From an uncultured bacterium (GTDB lineage Bacteria > Actinomycetota > Acidimicrobiia > Spongiisociales > UBA5794): DNA of 64,000 nt. A program made the translations under genes and the position numbers. Numbering within the stretch: the stretch's first letter is position 1; every line of letters begins with the position of its first letter. Positions 29,075 through 38,470 of this stretch are shown here, piece by piece. Below the pieces are notes generated by a model, which was given only the letters and a program-made list of their open reading frames with translations, had not been told where the DNA came from and searched no databases. The stretch spans positions 608,001 through 672,000 of the forward strand of contig CAWDDT010000004.1 of NCBI GenBank assembly GCA_963801165.1, written 5' to 3'.

Positions 29075-29096
29075 ATCATGCAACCCGGGTGTGACA
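29075..29096 (-). promoter_or_regulatory. PafBC/RecA-NDp-type DNA-damage promoter, leaderless
   Basis: Minus strand TGTCAC-N10-CATGAT-N6-ATG, matching the TGTC..-N10-TANNNT architecture. Confidence 0.6.
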
Positions 29097-29166
29097 GATT
29101 TCGTGTGCCAGTTCGCAGTCGTGACCGAGCCGAGTACGGCAACCAGACGAGGGCCGGCTCGCCGTC

Positions 29167-29952
29167 CTACGCGTTCTTCTGGTCCCGCCATTTCAGCCAT
29201 GGTTTGATCCCGGTCAGGTCGTACTCAGGACCGTTCAAACCGAACGTGAACAGCGTGAACCCGAGCGCATAGAACTCCTCGGCGAGCGCCACCGGGTCGC
29301 TTGCGCGCCCGAGGTCGATTCCCACCGAGCGTTCGATCTCACCAGGGTCGCGCCCCACCTTGGAACACCAGTCGTCGAGCACTCCGGCTTTGTGTTTCAT
29401 CGTCGTCGGGGAGCCGAAGCTGTGCCAGATGTCGCCCTGCTCGGCCACGATTCGCAGCGTCACCTTCTCCCCACCGCCACCGATCAGCACCGGGATCTTG
29501 CGGGTAGGAGGCGGGTTGCCCTTGCCGAGACGCTCTTTGATGATGGGCAGATCTCGGTCGAGGTCACGTAGCCGGCCGCCGGCTGTGCCGAAGTCGTATC
29601 CGAACTCGTCGTAGTCGCGCTCGAACCACCCCGACCCGATCCCGAGGATCAGCCGGCCACCCGACATGTGGTCTACGGTGCGGGCCATGTCGGCCAGGAG
29701 CTGCGGATTGCGGTACGAGTTGCAGGTGACGAGCGCCCCGATCTGTATGTTGGTCGTCTGCTCCGCCCAGGCACCGAGCATGGTCCAACACTCGAAGTGC
29801 TTGCCGTCGGGCTCGCCGTAGAGCGGGTAGAAGTGGTCCCAGTTGTAAACGACGTCGAGACCGAGGTCCTCTGCCTGCGTGACGGTGCGCCGGATATCTG
29901 AGTACTCGGCGTGCTGGGGATGGATTTGGGCGGCGATACGTACCGGATGCAC
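29167..29952 (-). CDS. LLM-class F420-dependent oxidoreductase
   Basis: NWDHFYPL, FECWTML.AWA, LVTCNSYRNP.LLADMARTVDH.SGGRLILGIGSGW, IGGGGEK.TL. Confidence 0.9.
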   Translation of the reverse strand: MHPVRIAAQIHPQHAEYSDIRRTVTQAEDLGLDVVYNWDHFYPLYGEPDGKHFECWTMLGAWAEQTTNIQIGALVTCNSYRNPQLLADMARTVDHMSGGRLILGIGSGWFERDYDEFGYDFGTAGGRLRDLDRDLPIIKERLGKGNPPPTRKIPVLIGGGGEKVTLRIVAEQGDIWHSFGSPTTMKHKAGVLDDWCSKVGRDPGEIERSVGIDLGRASDPVALAEEFYALGFTLFTFGLNGPEYDLTGIKPWLKWRDQKNA

Positions 29953-29967
29953 GGATGATTCCCTTCG

Positions 29968-30023
29968 TGTGGATGACGTTGTTGTGGATGACGTTGTTGT
30001 GGATGACGTCGTTGCGGATGACG
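29968..30023. repeat. 15-bp tandem repeat TGTGGATGACGTTGT, about 3.7 copies
   Basis: Units at 29968, 29983, 29998, 30013 (degenerate); just upstream of the LLM gene RBS. Confidence 0.92.
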
Positions 30024-30093
30024 ACCGAGCCTAGAAGGTCTGCGATTCCGCTTACGACGCGTGCGATGGCCACGGGCTGATAGCGTTGCCGCC

Positions 30094-31323
30094 ATGAGTT
30101 TCGAGATCCGTCCCCTCACCATTGAAGACATCCCCAGGTTCCGTCAGGCAATCTCGGCAGGTTTCGGCCATGATCTGGACCCCGACGACAAGCAGGCCGC
30201 AGAGCGGTTCGACGCGTTGTTTGCCCGCGATCGGGCGTTTCCGGTCTTCGATGGCGACCAGCTCGTCGGCACCGGAGCGGACTACGCATTCACGGTCACC
30301 GTTCCCGGTGGTGCCCAGGTGCCGATGGCGGGGCTGACCATCATCACGGTACGACCCACCCACACGCGGCGTGGTGTGCTCACCATGATGATGCGCGAGC
30401 ATTTCCGGCGTGCCCGGGAGCGGGGCGAGTTACTCGCCGGGCTGTGGGCATCCGAGGCGAAGATCTACGGGCGTTTCGGGTACGGGCCCGCGGCGCGGCA
30501 TCACGAGGTCAAGTTCGACGCGCGGTACACGGGGCGAGGTGGCAGCGAGCCGGGAGTGATCGTCCGTCTGGTCGAGAAGGCAGAAGCCGAGAAGCTGCTC
30601 CCCGACATGTTTGCCCTGGCACAGCAGCAACGGCCGGGCATGTTCCAGCGTTCCGAGGAATGGTGGAGGTACCGGCACTTCTACGACCCGGAGAAGTGGC
30701 GGGAGGGTGCGAGCGCTCTCCGCCACGCCGTCGCTTTTCAGGATGAGGAGCCGATCGGGTACGTGTCCTACCGGCAGAAGGAGGATTGGGGTCAACTCCC
30801 CGACGGCGAGATTCGGGTCAGAGAGCTGATACCGGTCACCGATGCCGGTTACCGGGCGCTGTGGCACTACGTCACGAGCGTCGACCTCTTCCCGATCGTC
30901 AAGCACTGGAACATGGCGCCGGATGATCCGTTGTGGCTGCTGCTCGAGGACGGTCGAGCGGTTGGTACCACGGCCGTCTCCGATGCGTTGTGGGTCCGTC
31001 TCGTTGACGTACCCCGGGCGTTGGAGGCGAGGGCCTACGAAAGCGACGGCTCGATTGTGATCCGGGTCACGGACGGCTTCTGTGATTGGAACGAAGGGAC
31101 GTACCGGATCGAGGTCGATGGGGGCCGGGCAACTGTAGCGAGAGTCGCGGAAGATCCCGAGGTGTCCATGACCGCCAGCACGCTCGGGGCCTTGTATCTG
31201 GGTGGCCGCGATGCGATCGCCTTTGCCCGGGCGGGACGGATCGACGGCGCCGCTGCCTCGGTGCGAGACCTCAATCGCATGGTCCGCTCGTCACCCCAGC
31301 CCTGGGTTCCTGAGATCTTCTGA
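30094..31323 (+). CDS. eis: Eis-family GNAT acetyltransferase with SCP2-like C-terminal domain
   Basis: V.PTHTRRG.LT.MM, LWASE..IYGRFGYG, LWVRLVDV..AL.AR.Y, LGALYLGG, terminal PEIF. Confidence 0.88.
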   Translation: MSFEIRPLTIEDIPRFRQAISAGFGHDLDPDDKQAAERFDALFARDRAFPVFDGDQLVGTGADYAFTVTVPGGAQVPMAGLTIITVRPTHTRRGVLTMMMREHFRRARERGELLAGLWASEAKIYGRFGYGPAARHHEVKFDARYTGRGGSEPGVIVRLVEKAEAEKLLPDMFALAQQQRPGMFQRSEEWWRYRHFYDPEKWREGASALRHAVAFQDEEPIGYVSYRQKEDWGQLPDGEIRVRELIPVTDAGYRALWHYVTSVDLFPIVKHWNMAPDDPLWLLLEDGRAVGTTAVSDALWVRLVDVPRALEARAYESDGSIVIRVTDGFCDWNEGTYRIEVDGGRATVARVAEDPEVSMTASTLGALYLGGRDAIAFARAGRIDGAAASVRDLNRMVRSSPQPWVPEIF

Positions 31324-31785
31324 CGGGCGCCGGGCGGCCGCCTCGAGGTCGGTCACCTCGGACACTATCTGGTCGATGCTCTTGCCGGCAGTGTCGACGT
31401 GGTGGTATTCGATGGCGGCTTTGTGGAGCGGGTCGGGGCTGGGCAGCTCGCGCTCAGCGCCGACGACGATGATGCGGGCGATTCCTGCCTCTGCGAGCCC
31501 ATCGGCCCACTGCCCGAACAGCTCCACGGTGGTGGCCGCAAAGTAGCGCTCCCGGTCATCGTGGGCGACGGCGGCAATAACGATCGCACAGAAGGCGCCG
31601 GTCGCAGCCCCACCGACATGGGTTCCATCCGATATGTCGCCGATGGCCACCTTGGCGAACTCGCGGTAGCGGGCCACGGCGTCGGCGTCGGAGGCAAAGA
31701 TCCGCAGCTCACCCGAGGCGGGTCGCAGGGCGGGCACGATGGCGTGACCGAGGTCGGTGTCTGCTCCAATAACAAGCACTGGCAC
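31291..31785 (-). CDS. short NAD(P)-binding Rossmann-like protein
   Basis: PVLVIGADT.LG.AIV, AKVAIGDISD..HV; 3' end overlaps eis. Confidence 0.7.
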   Translation of the reverse strand: MPVLVIGADTDLGHAIVPALRPASGELRIFASDADAVARYREFAKVAIGDISDGTHVGGAATGAFCAIVIAAVAHDDRERYFAATTVELFGQWADGLAEAGIARIIVVGAERELPSPDPLHKAAIEYHHVDTAGKSIDQIVSEVTDLEAAARRPSEDLRNPGLG

Positions 31786-31864
31786 GGCGATAACTCCCAA
31801 TGATGAGATGGCCACTCAGAAATGTCGGGATCAAATCCACATCCGTCGACGTTATATCCTACGA

Positions 31865-31932
31865 GGATGATCCTCCGGAACGGCACCCGGTCTTCCCCCC
31901 ACTCCCACACCACCGTTCCGGCGGGATCATCC
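31865..31932 (+). ncRNA. candidate sRNA: 19-bp stem with 29-nt C-rich loop
   Basis: GGATGATCCTCCGGAACGG pairs with CCGTTCCGG(C)GGGATCATCC; loop contains CCCCCC and CTCCC; TATCCT just upstream. Confidence 0.45.
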
Positions 31933-32011
31933 GAATGTTCTCGGCGGCTTGATGTCTGGATCGACGCACCACGCCCGCCTCGATGGGGAAGCCTGCCACG
32001 AGGGAGTGACC

Positions 32012-32101
32012 CAGAGACGATGTGACCAGAGGCGATGTGACTAGAGGCGATGTGACTAGAGGCGATGTGACTAGAGGCGATGTGACTAGAGACGATGTGG
32101 C
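32012..32101. repeat. 15-bp tandem repeat (T/C)AGAG(G/A)CGATGTGAC, 6 copies
   Basis: Units at 32012, 32027, 32042, 32057, 32072, 32087; upstream of sufB promoter. Confidence 0.95.
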
Positions 32102-32165
32102 TGGAGCCATTGGCGATCCGGGCCTCGATGGGGCAGAATCGGGCGCCGAAACCGCCGATCATGCT

Positions 32166-32190
32166 ATTGCCCTATCGCTATAGTGGTAAT
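32166..32190 (+). promoter_or_regulatory. sufB -10 (TATAGT 32179-32184) inside an imperfect AT-rich palindrome
   Basis: ATTGCC-CTAT-CGCT-ATAG-T-GGTAAT; possible repressor site. Confidence 0.45.
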
Positions 32191-32222
32191 TAACCCGCGA
32201 ATCTCTCGAAGGGACCCCGATA

Positions 32223-33626
32223 ATGACAACTATTGACATTGATCTCGGTGGCTATCAGCTCGGCTGGGCCGACGCTGAGGATTATGTCTTCAAGCCTGAT
32301 AGGGGTCTGAACGAAGACATCATCCGCCAGATGTCGGCGATGAAGAAAGAGCCCGAGTGGATGCTCGAGTTCCGGCTCAAGGCGTACAAGCGCTTCCTCC
32401 GCAAGCCGTTGCCGGACTGGGGTGGGGTCGCGGAGCTCGAGGCAATCGATTTCGACAACATCTACTACTACATCAAGCCGATGGAGGGTCAGGCCAAGGA
32501 CTGGGACATGGTTCCCGACTCCATAAAGAACACCTACGAGCGGCTTGGTATCCCCGAAGCCGAGCGCAAGTACCTGGCAGGGGTTACGGCACAATATGAG
32601 TCGGAGGTGGTCTACCACCGTAATCGGGAGGATCTCGAGAAGCTCGGGGTCATCTTCTGCGACATGGATACCGCCTTGCGCGAGTACCCGGACCTCGTCA
32701 AGGAGTATTTCGGGACGATCATCCCCCCGAACGACAACAAGTTCGCGGCCCTCAACTCGGCCGTCTGGTCCGGTGGGAGCTTCATCTATGTCCCGCCGGG
32801 CGTCCATCTCGAAGAGCCGCTCCAGGCGTACTTCCGCATCAACGCCGAGAACATGGGGCAGTTCGAGCGCACGCTGATCATCGTCGACGAGGGCGCGTTC
32901 TGCCATTACGTCGAGGGTTGCTCGGCACCGGTGTATTCGAGTGATTCGCTACACGCCGCCGTCGTCGAGGTCATCGTCAAGCAAGGTGGCCGGGCTCGCT
33001 ATACGACTATCCAGAACTGGTCTAATAACGTTGTCAATCTGGTTACCAAGCGGGCAGCGGCCTACAAGAACGCCACGATGGAATGGGTCGACGGCAACCT
33101 CGGCAGCGGTCTTACCATGAAGTACCCCGCCGTCTGGCTCATGGAGGAGGGCGCCCACGGTGAGGTGCTCTCGATCGCGTTTGCCAGCGAAGGCCAGCAT
33201 CTCGATGCCGGTGCCAAGATGGTGCACGTTGCGCCGAACACCTCGTCCCTGATCACTTCGAAGTCCATTTCAAAGGGCGGGGGTCGGTCCGCTTACCGCG
33301 GTCTGGTGCGAGTGGAGGACGGCGCCGAGCATTCGAAGTCGTTTGTTCGCTGCGATGCACTCATCCTCGATGAAGACTCGCGGTCTGACACCTACCCGTA
33401 CATGGAGATCGAGGAGTCAAAGGTCGACATGGGTCATGAGGCAACCGTTTCCAAGGTCGGTGAGGAACAGCTCTTCTATCTGATGAGCCGCGGCCTCACC
33501 GAGCAGGAAGCAACGGCGATGATCGTCGCCGGCTTCATCGAGCCGATCGTCCGCGAGCTGCCGATGGAGTACGCGGTGGAGCTGAACCGTCTCATTGAGC
33601 TCCAGATGGAAGGATCCGTCGGGTAG
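32223..33626 (+). CDS. sufB: Fe-S cluster assembly scaffold SufB
   Basis: [89 protein letters not shown]. Confidence 0.97.
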   Translation: MTTIDIDLGGYQLGWADAEDYVFKPDRGLNEDIIRQMSAMKKEPEWMLEFRLKAYKRFLRKPLPDWGGVAELEAIDFDNIYYYIKPMEGQAKDWDMVPDSIKNTYERLGIPEAERKYLAGVTAQYESEVVYHRNREDLEKLGVIFCDMDTALREYPDLVKEYFGTIIPPNDNKFAALNSAVWSGGSFIYVPPGVHLEEPLQAYFRINAENMGQFERTLIIVDEGAFCHYVEGCSAPVYSSDSLHAAVVEVIVKQGGRARYTTIQNWSNNVVNLVTKRAAAYKNATMEWVDGNLGSGLTMKYPAVWLMEEGAHGEVLSIAFASEGQHLDAGAKMVHVAPNTSSLITSKSISKGGGRSAYRGLVRVEDGAEHSKSFVRCDALILDEDSRSDTYPYMEIEESKVDMGHEATVSKVGEEQLFYLMSRGLTEQEATAMIVAGFIEPIVRELPMEYAVELNRLIELQMEGSVG

Positions 33627-33685
33627 GAGGTCGGGTAGAAGACCGTTCAACAGCCTCCTCGAGGGCGACGAGTACGCTGCGACGT

Positions 33686-34345
33686 ATGCGGATTGTTGTT
33701 GCCGAATGCGCCGTCGACTACGACGGCAGGCTCAGCGCCCACCTGCCTATGGCCACCAGGCTCGTGATGGTCAAGGCGGACGGGTGTGTCGCCGTGCACG
33801 CCGACGGTGGGGCGTACAAGCCCCTCAACTGGATGAACGCACCGAACACGCTTGTCGAGAAAGACGGGAAGTGGATCGTCACCAACCCCAAGGGGGAGAC
33901 CCTCACCATCACCTTCGGCGAGGTCCACTTCGAGAGAACACACGAGATGGGCGAGGACCCGGGTCTGCAGAAGGACGGTGTCGAGCTCGAGCTGCAACGA
34001 TTGCTGGCAGAAACGCCCGGCTACCTCGAAGAGGGCCTCGCCCTGATCCGCCGTGAATATCCCACGCCGATCGGGCCGGTCGATCTGCTCTGTCGTGACG
34101 CCGACGGTCAGGTCGTCGTCATCGAGGTGAAGCGCCGTGGCGAGATCGACGGTGTCGAGCAACTGACCCGCTACCTCGAGTTCCTGAACCGGGACGACCG
34201 GTTGGCGCCGGTGCGGGGCATGTTCGTGGCGCAGGTGATCAAGCCGCAGGCCCGAACGCTCGCATCAGATCGTGGCATCGATTGCGTCGACATCGACTAC
34301 GACGAGCTGCGCGGCATCGATTCCCCGATGCTCAAGCTGTTCTGA
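33686..34345 (+). CDS. nucS: mismatch-specific endonuclease NucS/EndoMS
   Basis: [62 protein letters not shown]. Confidence 0.95.
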   Translation: MRIVVAECAVDYDGRLSAHLPMATRLVMVKADGCVAVHADGGAYKPLNWMNAPNTLVEKDGKWIVTNPKGETLTITFGEVHFERTHEMGEDPGLQKDGVELELQRLLAETPGYLEEGLALIRREYPTPIGPVDLLCRDADGQVVVIEVKRRGEIDGVEQLTRYLEFLNRDDRLAPVRGMFVAQVIKPQARTLASDRGIDCVDIDYDELRGIDSPMLKLF

Positions 34346-34381
34346 CGCCGATCACGCCACACTGGCCGGCGAGGCTGACGC

Positions 34382-35308
34382 CTAGAGCAGGCTCTCGAGG
34401 TCGTAGGCGAAGGAGGGGTGACGCAGCTTGGTGAGCGCCTTGCGCTCGATCTGGCGGATACGTTCCCGGGTGACGTCGAGCTGGCGGCCTACGTCGGACA
34501 GGGTCCGCGGGCCCCCTCCGGAGAGACCGTAGCGAAGCTCGATGACCTCGCGCTCGCGGGGATCGAGCATCGAGAGGGCACGATCGAGCTCATCACGGCG
34601 TGCCATATCCGCCGCCACCACGAATGGGTCGTCGGCCTGGGTGTCCTCGACGAAGTCGCCGAGGCTGGCGTCGCCGGCATCACCGACGGGATGATCGAGT
34701 GACACGCAGTCGTCGGGGCACTCCATGGCAATGACGACCTGATCGAGGTCGAGACCGCTGATGTCTGCGATCTCGAGCGCCGTGGGTTGTCTTCCGTTGC
34801 GCTCGTGCAAAGCGGCTCGGGTTTCCTGGACCACGCGGACCACGTCGACGAGGTGAACGGGAAGCCGGATGGTCCTGGCCGTGTTGCCCAATCCGCGCGT
34901 TATTGCCTGGCGGATCCACCAGGTGGCGTACGTGGAGAACTTGAACCCCTTGCGCCAGTCGAACTTCTCGACGGCACGGATCAGACCGAGGTTGCCTTCC
35001 TGGACTAGGTCGAGGAGATCGAGACCCCGACCTGTGTACTTCTTCGCAATCGAGATGACGAGACGCAGGTTGGAGCGAATGAACTCGGCTCGCGCCTCTT
35101 CCCCTTGATGCACTGCCCGGCGAAGCTCAAACCGTTCTCGGGAGGGGAGCTGCTCGGTTTCCAACCGGACTGCGGCCTGCCGTCCGGCTTCCATGGCTCT
35201 GGCCAATCTCACCTCATCCTCTGCGGTGAGAAGACCGTGTCCGGCTACCTCGTCGAGGTACAGACCAACACCGTCGGCCTGGAGAGACCTGTGCACCCGC
35301 TGTGTCAT
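34382..35308 (-). CDS. sigma-70 family group-2 (SigB/HrdD-like) sigma factor
   Basis: LLTAE.E..LA, SNLRLV.SIAKKY.GRG, DL.QEGNLGLIRAVEKFD..KGFKFSTYATWWIRQAI.R, TRERIRQIE.KAL.KLR; no region 1.1; start 35308 or 35335. Confidence 0.92.
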   Translation of the reverse strand: MTQRVHRSLQADGVGLYLDEVAGHGLLTAEDEVRLARAMEAGRQAAVRLETEQLPSRERFELRRAVHQGEEARAEFIRSNLRLVISIAKKYTGRGLDLLDLVQEGNLGLIRAVEKFDWRKGFKFSTYATWWIRQAITRGLGNTARTIRLPVHLVDVVRVVQETRAALHERNGRQPTALEIADISGLDLDQVVIAMECPDDCVSLDHPVGDAGDASLGDFVEDTQADDPFVVAADMARRDELDRALSMLDPREREVIELRYGLSGGGPRTLSDVGRQLDVTRERIRQIERKALTKLRHPSFAYDLESLL

Positions 35309-35504
35309 AGAACCCCTAACCCTGATGACGGCCACCCTTAGTTGTCAAGGTAACACGCTGGGGCCGCGTCCTCAACGAAACGTGGAGTCCTTGAATATTG
35401 ATTATGCGGAGATGTCGACCGGCAAAACGTAGGCGCCTACTACGATGGCTCGAGGCGAAGACCAACACCCCCGGGTCCCGGTTGTGAGAGGGCACGCCCT
35501 ACCT

Positions 35505-37040
35505 ATGAGACGAATCGCAGTATCCCTTATTGGCGGCGCATTGCTGATGTCAGCATGTGCCGGTTCTTCCGTCCTCCTGGCCGGGGAGTCGATGCGTTCA
35601 CCCGAACCGCCGCCTCAGCTGGTCAACCTCCTGGTCGTGGGGTCTGACGACCTGACTCCGATTGATGCCACGGTCACCTCCGCAGCGGAGACCGTCGTCA
35701 CCGACGACACCGGCGTGGCCGCGCTGACATGGGACGAGCGCCCGATAGATGTCACGGTTACTGCACCCGGGTTTCATGAGGCATCGACCACGGTCGCCGA
35801 GAAGCCGGCCGAGGGCGTCCCGGTACAGATCCGGCTCGACCCGGTCGTATTGACGGGTCGGGTGACCTCCCAGGATGGCCGCGGTCTCTCCGGTGCTCAC
35901 GTCAGCCTGGGCAGAGACGTTGAGGCTACGACCGACAGCGACGGCCAGTTCGCACTGTTCCGGGCCGTTCCCGGCACCATCGAGGTGCAACGCCCGGCGT
36001 GGAACGCCGAGGCCGTCACCTGGGATGGCTCGACCGAAAACGTCGACGTCTCGCTCGATCCGATGATGGTCAGGGCACTACGGGTCGCCGGCGACGCCTC
36101 AGGTGCCGGCGATCTTCAGAAGTGGCAGTACCTGCTCAACCTCGCCGATACCACCGGGATCAACGCGTTCGTCGTCGACACCCAGGACGAGGGCGGTTGG
36201 GTGTATCACGACACCGATGTCCAGCTCGCATACGACATCAACGCCGTCAGGCCCAGCTACGACGCCACGCAGCTCATCGCCGACATGGATGCGCATGGTC
36301 TCTACAAGATCACCCGCATCGTCACCTTCCAGAACAACCAGCTGGCAAGGGCCGAACCGGATATCGCCGCCATCAACACTCAGACCGGATTGCCGTGGAC
36401 CAATAACAAAGATCTCGCCTGGCTCGACCCCACCGACCACAGGTCGTGGGAGTATCCGCTCTCGCTGGCCGAAGAGGCGTGCAGCCTGGGCTTTGATGAG
36501 ATTCAGTTCGACTATGTCCGTTTCCCGTCCGATGGTCCGATCGACCAGCTGAGTTTCGACGAGCTGACCGCAAATGACTACTACGGCGCTGCCGCCGAAC
36601 AGAAGCGCGTCGAGACCATTGCCGCTTTTCTCCAGGAGGCGCATGACCGGCTCAACCCGATGGGTTGTGCAGTGGCAGCCGACATCTTTGCGATCACGCT
36701 GGAGAGCACAACGGACGAGGGGATCGGCCAGTCCCCGTCGGTGTTCTCCAACTATGTAGACGTGCTCAGCCCGATGATCTACACCTACACCTACGGCGCC
36801 GGTTGGAAGGGCTGGTCCAACCCCACCGACCACGCCACCGAGCTGGTCACCGATGCGCTCGACGCCGGGATCCCCCGGCTCGAAGGCTCTGCGATGTACC
36901 GGCCCTGGCTGCAACGGGCTTTCCTCGACGACAGCGAGATACGCAATATCCAGCAGGTCGCCGAGGCGCGCAACCTCGGCTGGATGCTGTGGAGTGCCGG
37001 CACCATCTTCGACTCCGGCCTCCTCCCGCCGAATCAATGA
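35505..37040 (+). CDS. lipoprotein with carboxypeptidase-regulatory-like domains and DUF4015 putative glycoside hydrolase
   Basis: Lipobox MSAC; INAFVVD..D..G, RIVTF, WLDP, GFDEIQFDYVRFP.DG, IGQ, SPMIY, RPWLQ. Confidence 0.82.
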   Translation: MRRIAVSLIGGALLMSACAGSSVLLAGESMRSPEPPPQLVNLLVVGSDDLTPIDATVTSAAETVVTDDTGVAALTWDERPIDVTVTAPGFHEASTTVAEKPAEGVPVQIRLDPVVLTGRVTSQDGRGLSGAHVSLGRDVEATTDSDGQFALFRAVPGTIEVQRPAWNAEAVTWDGSTENVDVSLDPMMVRALRVAGDASGAGDLQKWQYLLNLADTTGINAFVVDTQDEGGWVYHDTDVQLAYDINAVRPSYDATQLIADMDAHGLYKITRIVTFQNNQLARAEPDIAAINTQTGLPWTNNKDLAWLDPTDHRSWEYPLSLAEEACSLGFDEIQFDYVRFPSDGPIDQLSFDELTANDYYGAAAEQKRVETIAAFLQEAHDRLNPMGCAVAADIFAITLESTTDEGIGQSPSVFSNYVDVLSPMIYTYTYGAGWKGWSNPTDHATELVTDALDAGIPRLEGSAMYRPWLQRAFLDDSEIRNIQQVAEARNLGWMLWSAGTIFDSGLLPPNQ

Positions 37041-37783
37041 CCGCCGAGCTCGAAGCTCTGACCGCAGAGATCGTCAGCTGCCGCCTCTGCCCGCGGCTGG
37101 TGGCATGGCGTGAGCAGGTGGCTACCGAGAAGCGTGCCTCTTTCTCCGATGAGGACTACTGGGGTCGCCCGGTGCCGGGATGGGGCGATCCCGACGCCGC
37201 GCTGATTGTCGTCGGTCTGGCGCCGGCAGCCCATGGTGCCAATCGCACCGGTCGGATGTTCACCGGCGATCGGAGCGGGGATTGGCTGTACCGGGCAATG
37301 TATGAAGCCGGGTTCGCCAACCAGCCCGACTCGACCGCTGTGGAGGACGGGCTGGAGCTGCACGATGCCTGGGTAACCGCTCCTGTTCGCTGCGCCCCGC
37401 CGCAGAACAAGCCGGAGACCACCGAACGGGACAACTGCGCAGAATGGTTTCATCGGGAGCTCGACTTGCTGGGGTCGGCTCGCGTTTTCGTGGCACTCGG
37501 GCAGTATGCGTATGTCTCGTTGTGGCGCTACCTAGGTGCTTCGATGGTCTTGCCCCGACCCCGCCCCAGGTTTGCTCACGGTGAGGAGATACCGTTAGCG
37601 GATGGCAGAACCGTCCTGCTGTCGTTTCATCCGAGCCAGCAGAACACGTTCACCGGACGGCTGACCCGGGAGATGCTGGCTGCAGTCTTCGCCAGAGCAA
37701 GGGATCTCACCGCGCTTCATCGCGCAGATCGAGATAGCGCACCCAACGGTGGTGTGCGTCGGCCAGGTAGGGATAGGGGTTGA
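37037..37783 (+). CDS. udgB: family 5 uracil-DNA glycosylase (Fe-S)
   Basis: C..CPRLV.WRE, GLAPAAHG.NRTGRMFTGD.SGD, RCAPP.NKP, HPSQQNTFTGRLT. Confidence 0.92.
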   Translation: MTAELEALTAEIVSCRLCPRLVAWREQVATEKRASFSDEDYWGRPVPGWGDPDAALIVVGLAPAAHGANRTGRMFTGDRSGDWLYRAMYEAGFANQPDSTAVEDGLELHDAWVTAPVRCAPPQNKPETTERDNCAEWFHRELDLLGSARVFVALGQYAYVSLWRYLGASMVLPRPRPRFAHGEEIPLADGRTVLLSFHPSQQNTFTGRLTREMLAAVFARARDLTALHRADRDSAPNGGVRRPGRDRG

Positions 37784-38294
37784 CAGCACGGTTGCCGTGG
37801 TGCAATTCGAAGTGTGTATGTGCCGAGGACCCCTCGGCGTTGCCCGAGTCGCCGACATAGCCGATCACGGTGCCGGCGGCGATGTACATGCCAACTTCGA
37901 GATCGGCCGCATAGGCGAACTCGGGGGCGCCCGCTCCGTCGTCGGTTCCCGGTGTGTCGTTGTTCAGGTGCATGTACCAGCTCTCCCAGCCGTCACGGTG
38001 CTCGATGCGCACGTAGTAGCCGGACCGATTGCTGTCACCGATTGCGGTGACGAAACCGTCGGCGACGGCGACCAACGGGCTGTGCTTCTCGGCAAACACA
38101 TCGGTGCCCTGATGGTGGCGTCCCCCCGATCGGGCGTTGCCCCAGTCGTTGCTGAAATGCGCCATGACATCTTTGGTCGGGAAGTATGTGAGAGCGAAGG
38201 CGTCGTCGGCGGCGGCGGCAGCTGCGGCCGGTGCGATGAGCGTGGTGCAGCTGACGGCGACCGCGACGAACGTGACAATGAGCGAGCGGTACAA
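37707..38294 (-). CDS. secreted M23 family metallopeptidase
   Basis: Signal peptide; H.G.D, YMHL, IGYVGDSGNA...HTHFE.H....VNPYP.L. Confidence 0.9.
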   Translation of the reverse strand: MYRSLIVTFVAVAVSCTTLIAPAAAAAAADDAFALTYFPTKDVMAHFSNDWGNARSGGRHHQGTDVFAEKHSPLVAVADGFVTAIGDSNRSGYYVRIEHRDGWESWYMHLNNDTPGTDDGAGAPEFAYAADLEVGMYIAAGTVIGYVGDSGNAEGSSAHTHFELHHGNRAVNPYPYLADAHHRWVRYLDLRDEAR

Positions 38295-38470
38295 GTGGTT
38301 ATTCCTAGGAGTTGGGGAAGTTCGCTGTTTGGGTCCGGCACGCTATCCGCAGCCGGGAGCTATGCAATATCGGCACCGGGTAGCGAAACTGGAGCGTCGA
38401 TTGGCCGTGGCTCCGTCTTCGGCGGGCCCTGATGCAAGTAACCTCGTGGCTGCTCGCAACAGGAGAAATT

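Noticed and set aside
32012-32101. CRISPR array (also considered for 29968, 45259-45489 and 46188)
   Set aside because: Head-to-tail units without unique spacers, only two long copies at 45.3 kb, and no cas genes.
31365-32162. ORF with repeated SSHIA pentapeptide
   Set aside because: Translation of the 15-bp array; no RBS and overlaps a better gene.
37707-37783. Convergent 3' overlap of udgB and the M23 gene (also eis and 31291-31323)
   Set aside because: Short tail overlaps are common in GC-rich genomes with few stop codons.
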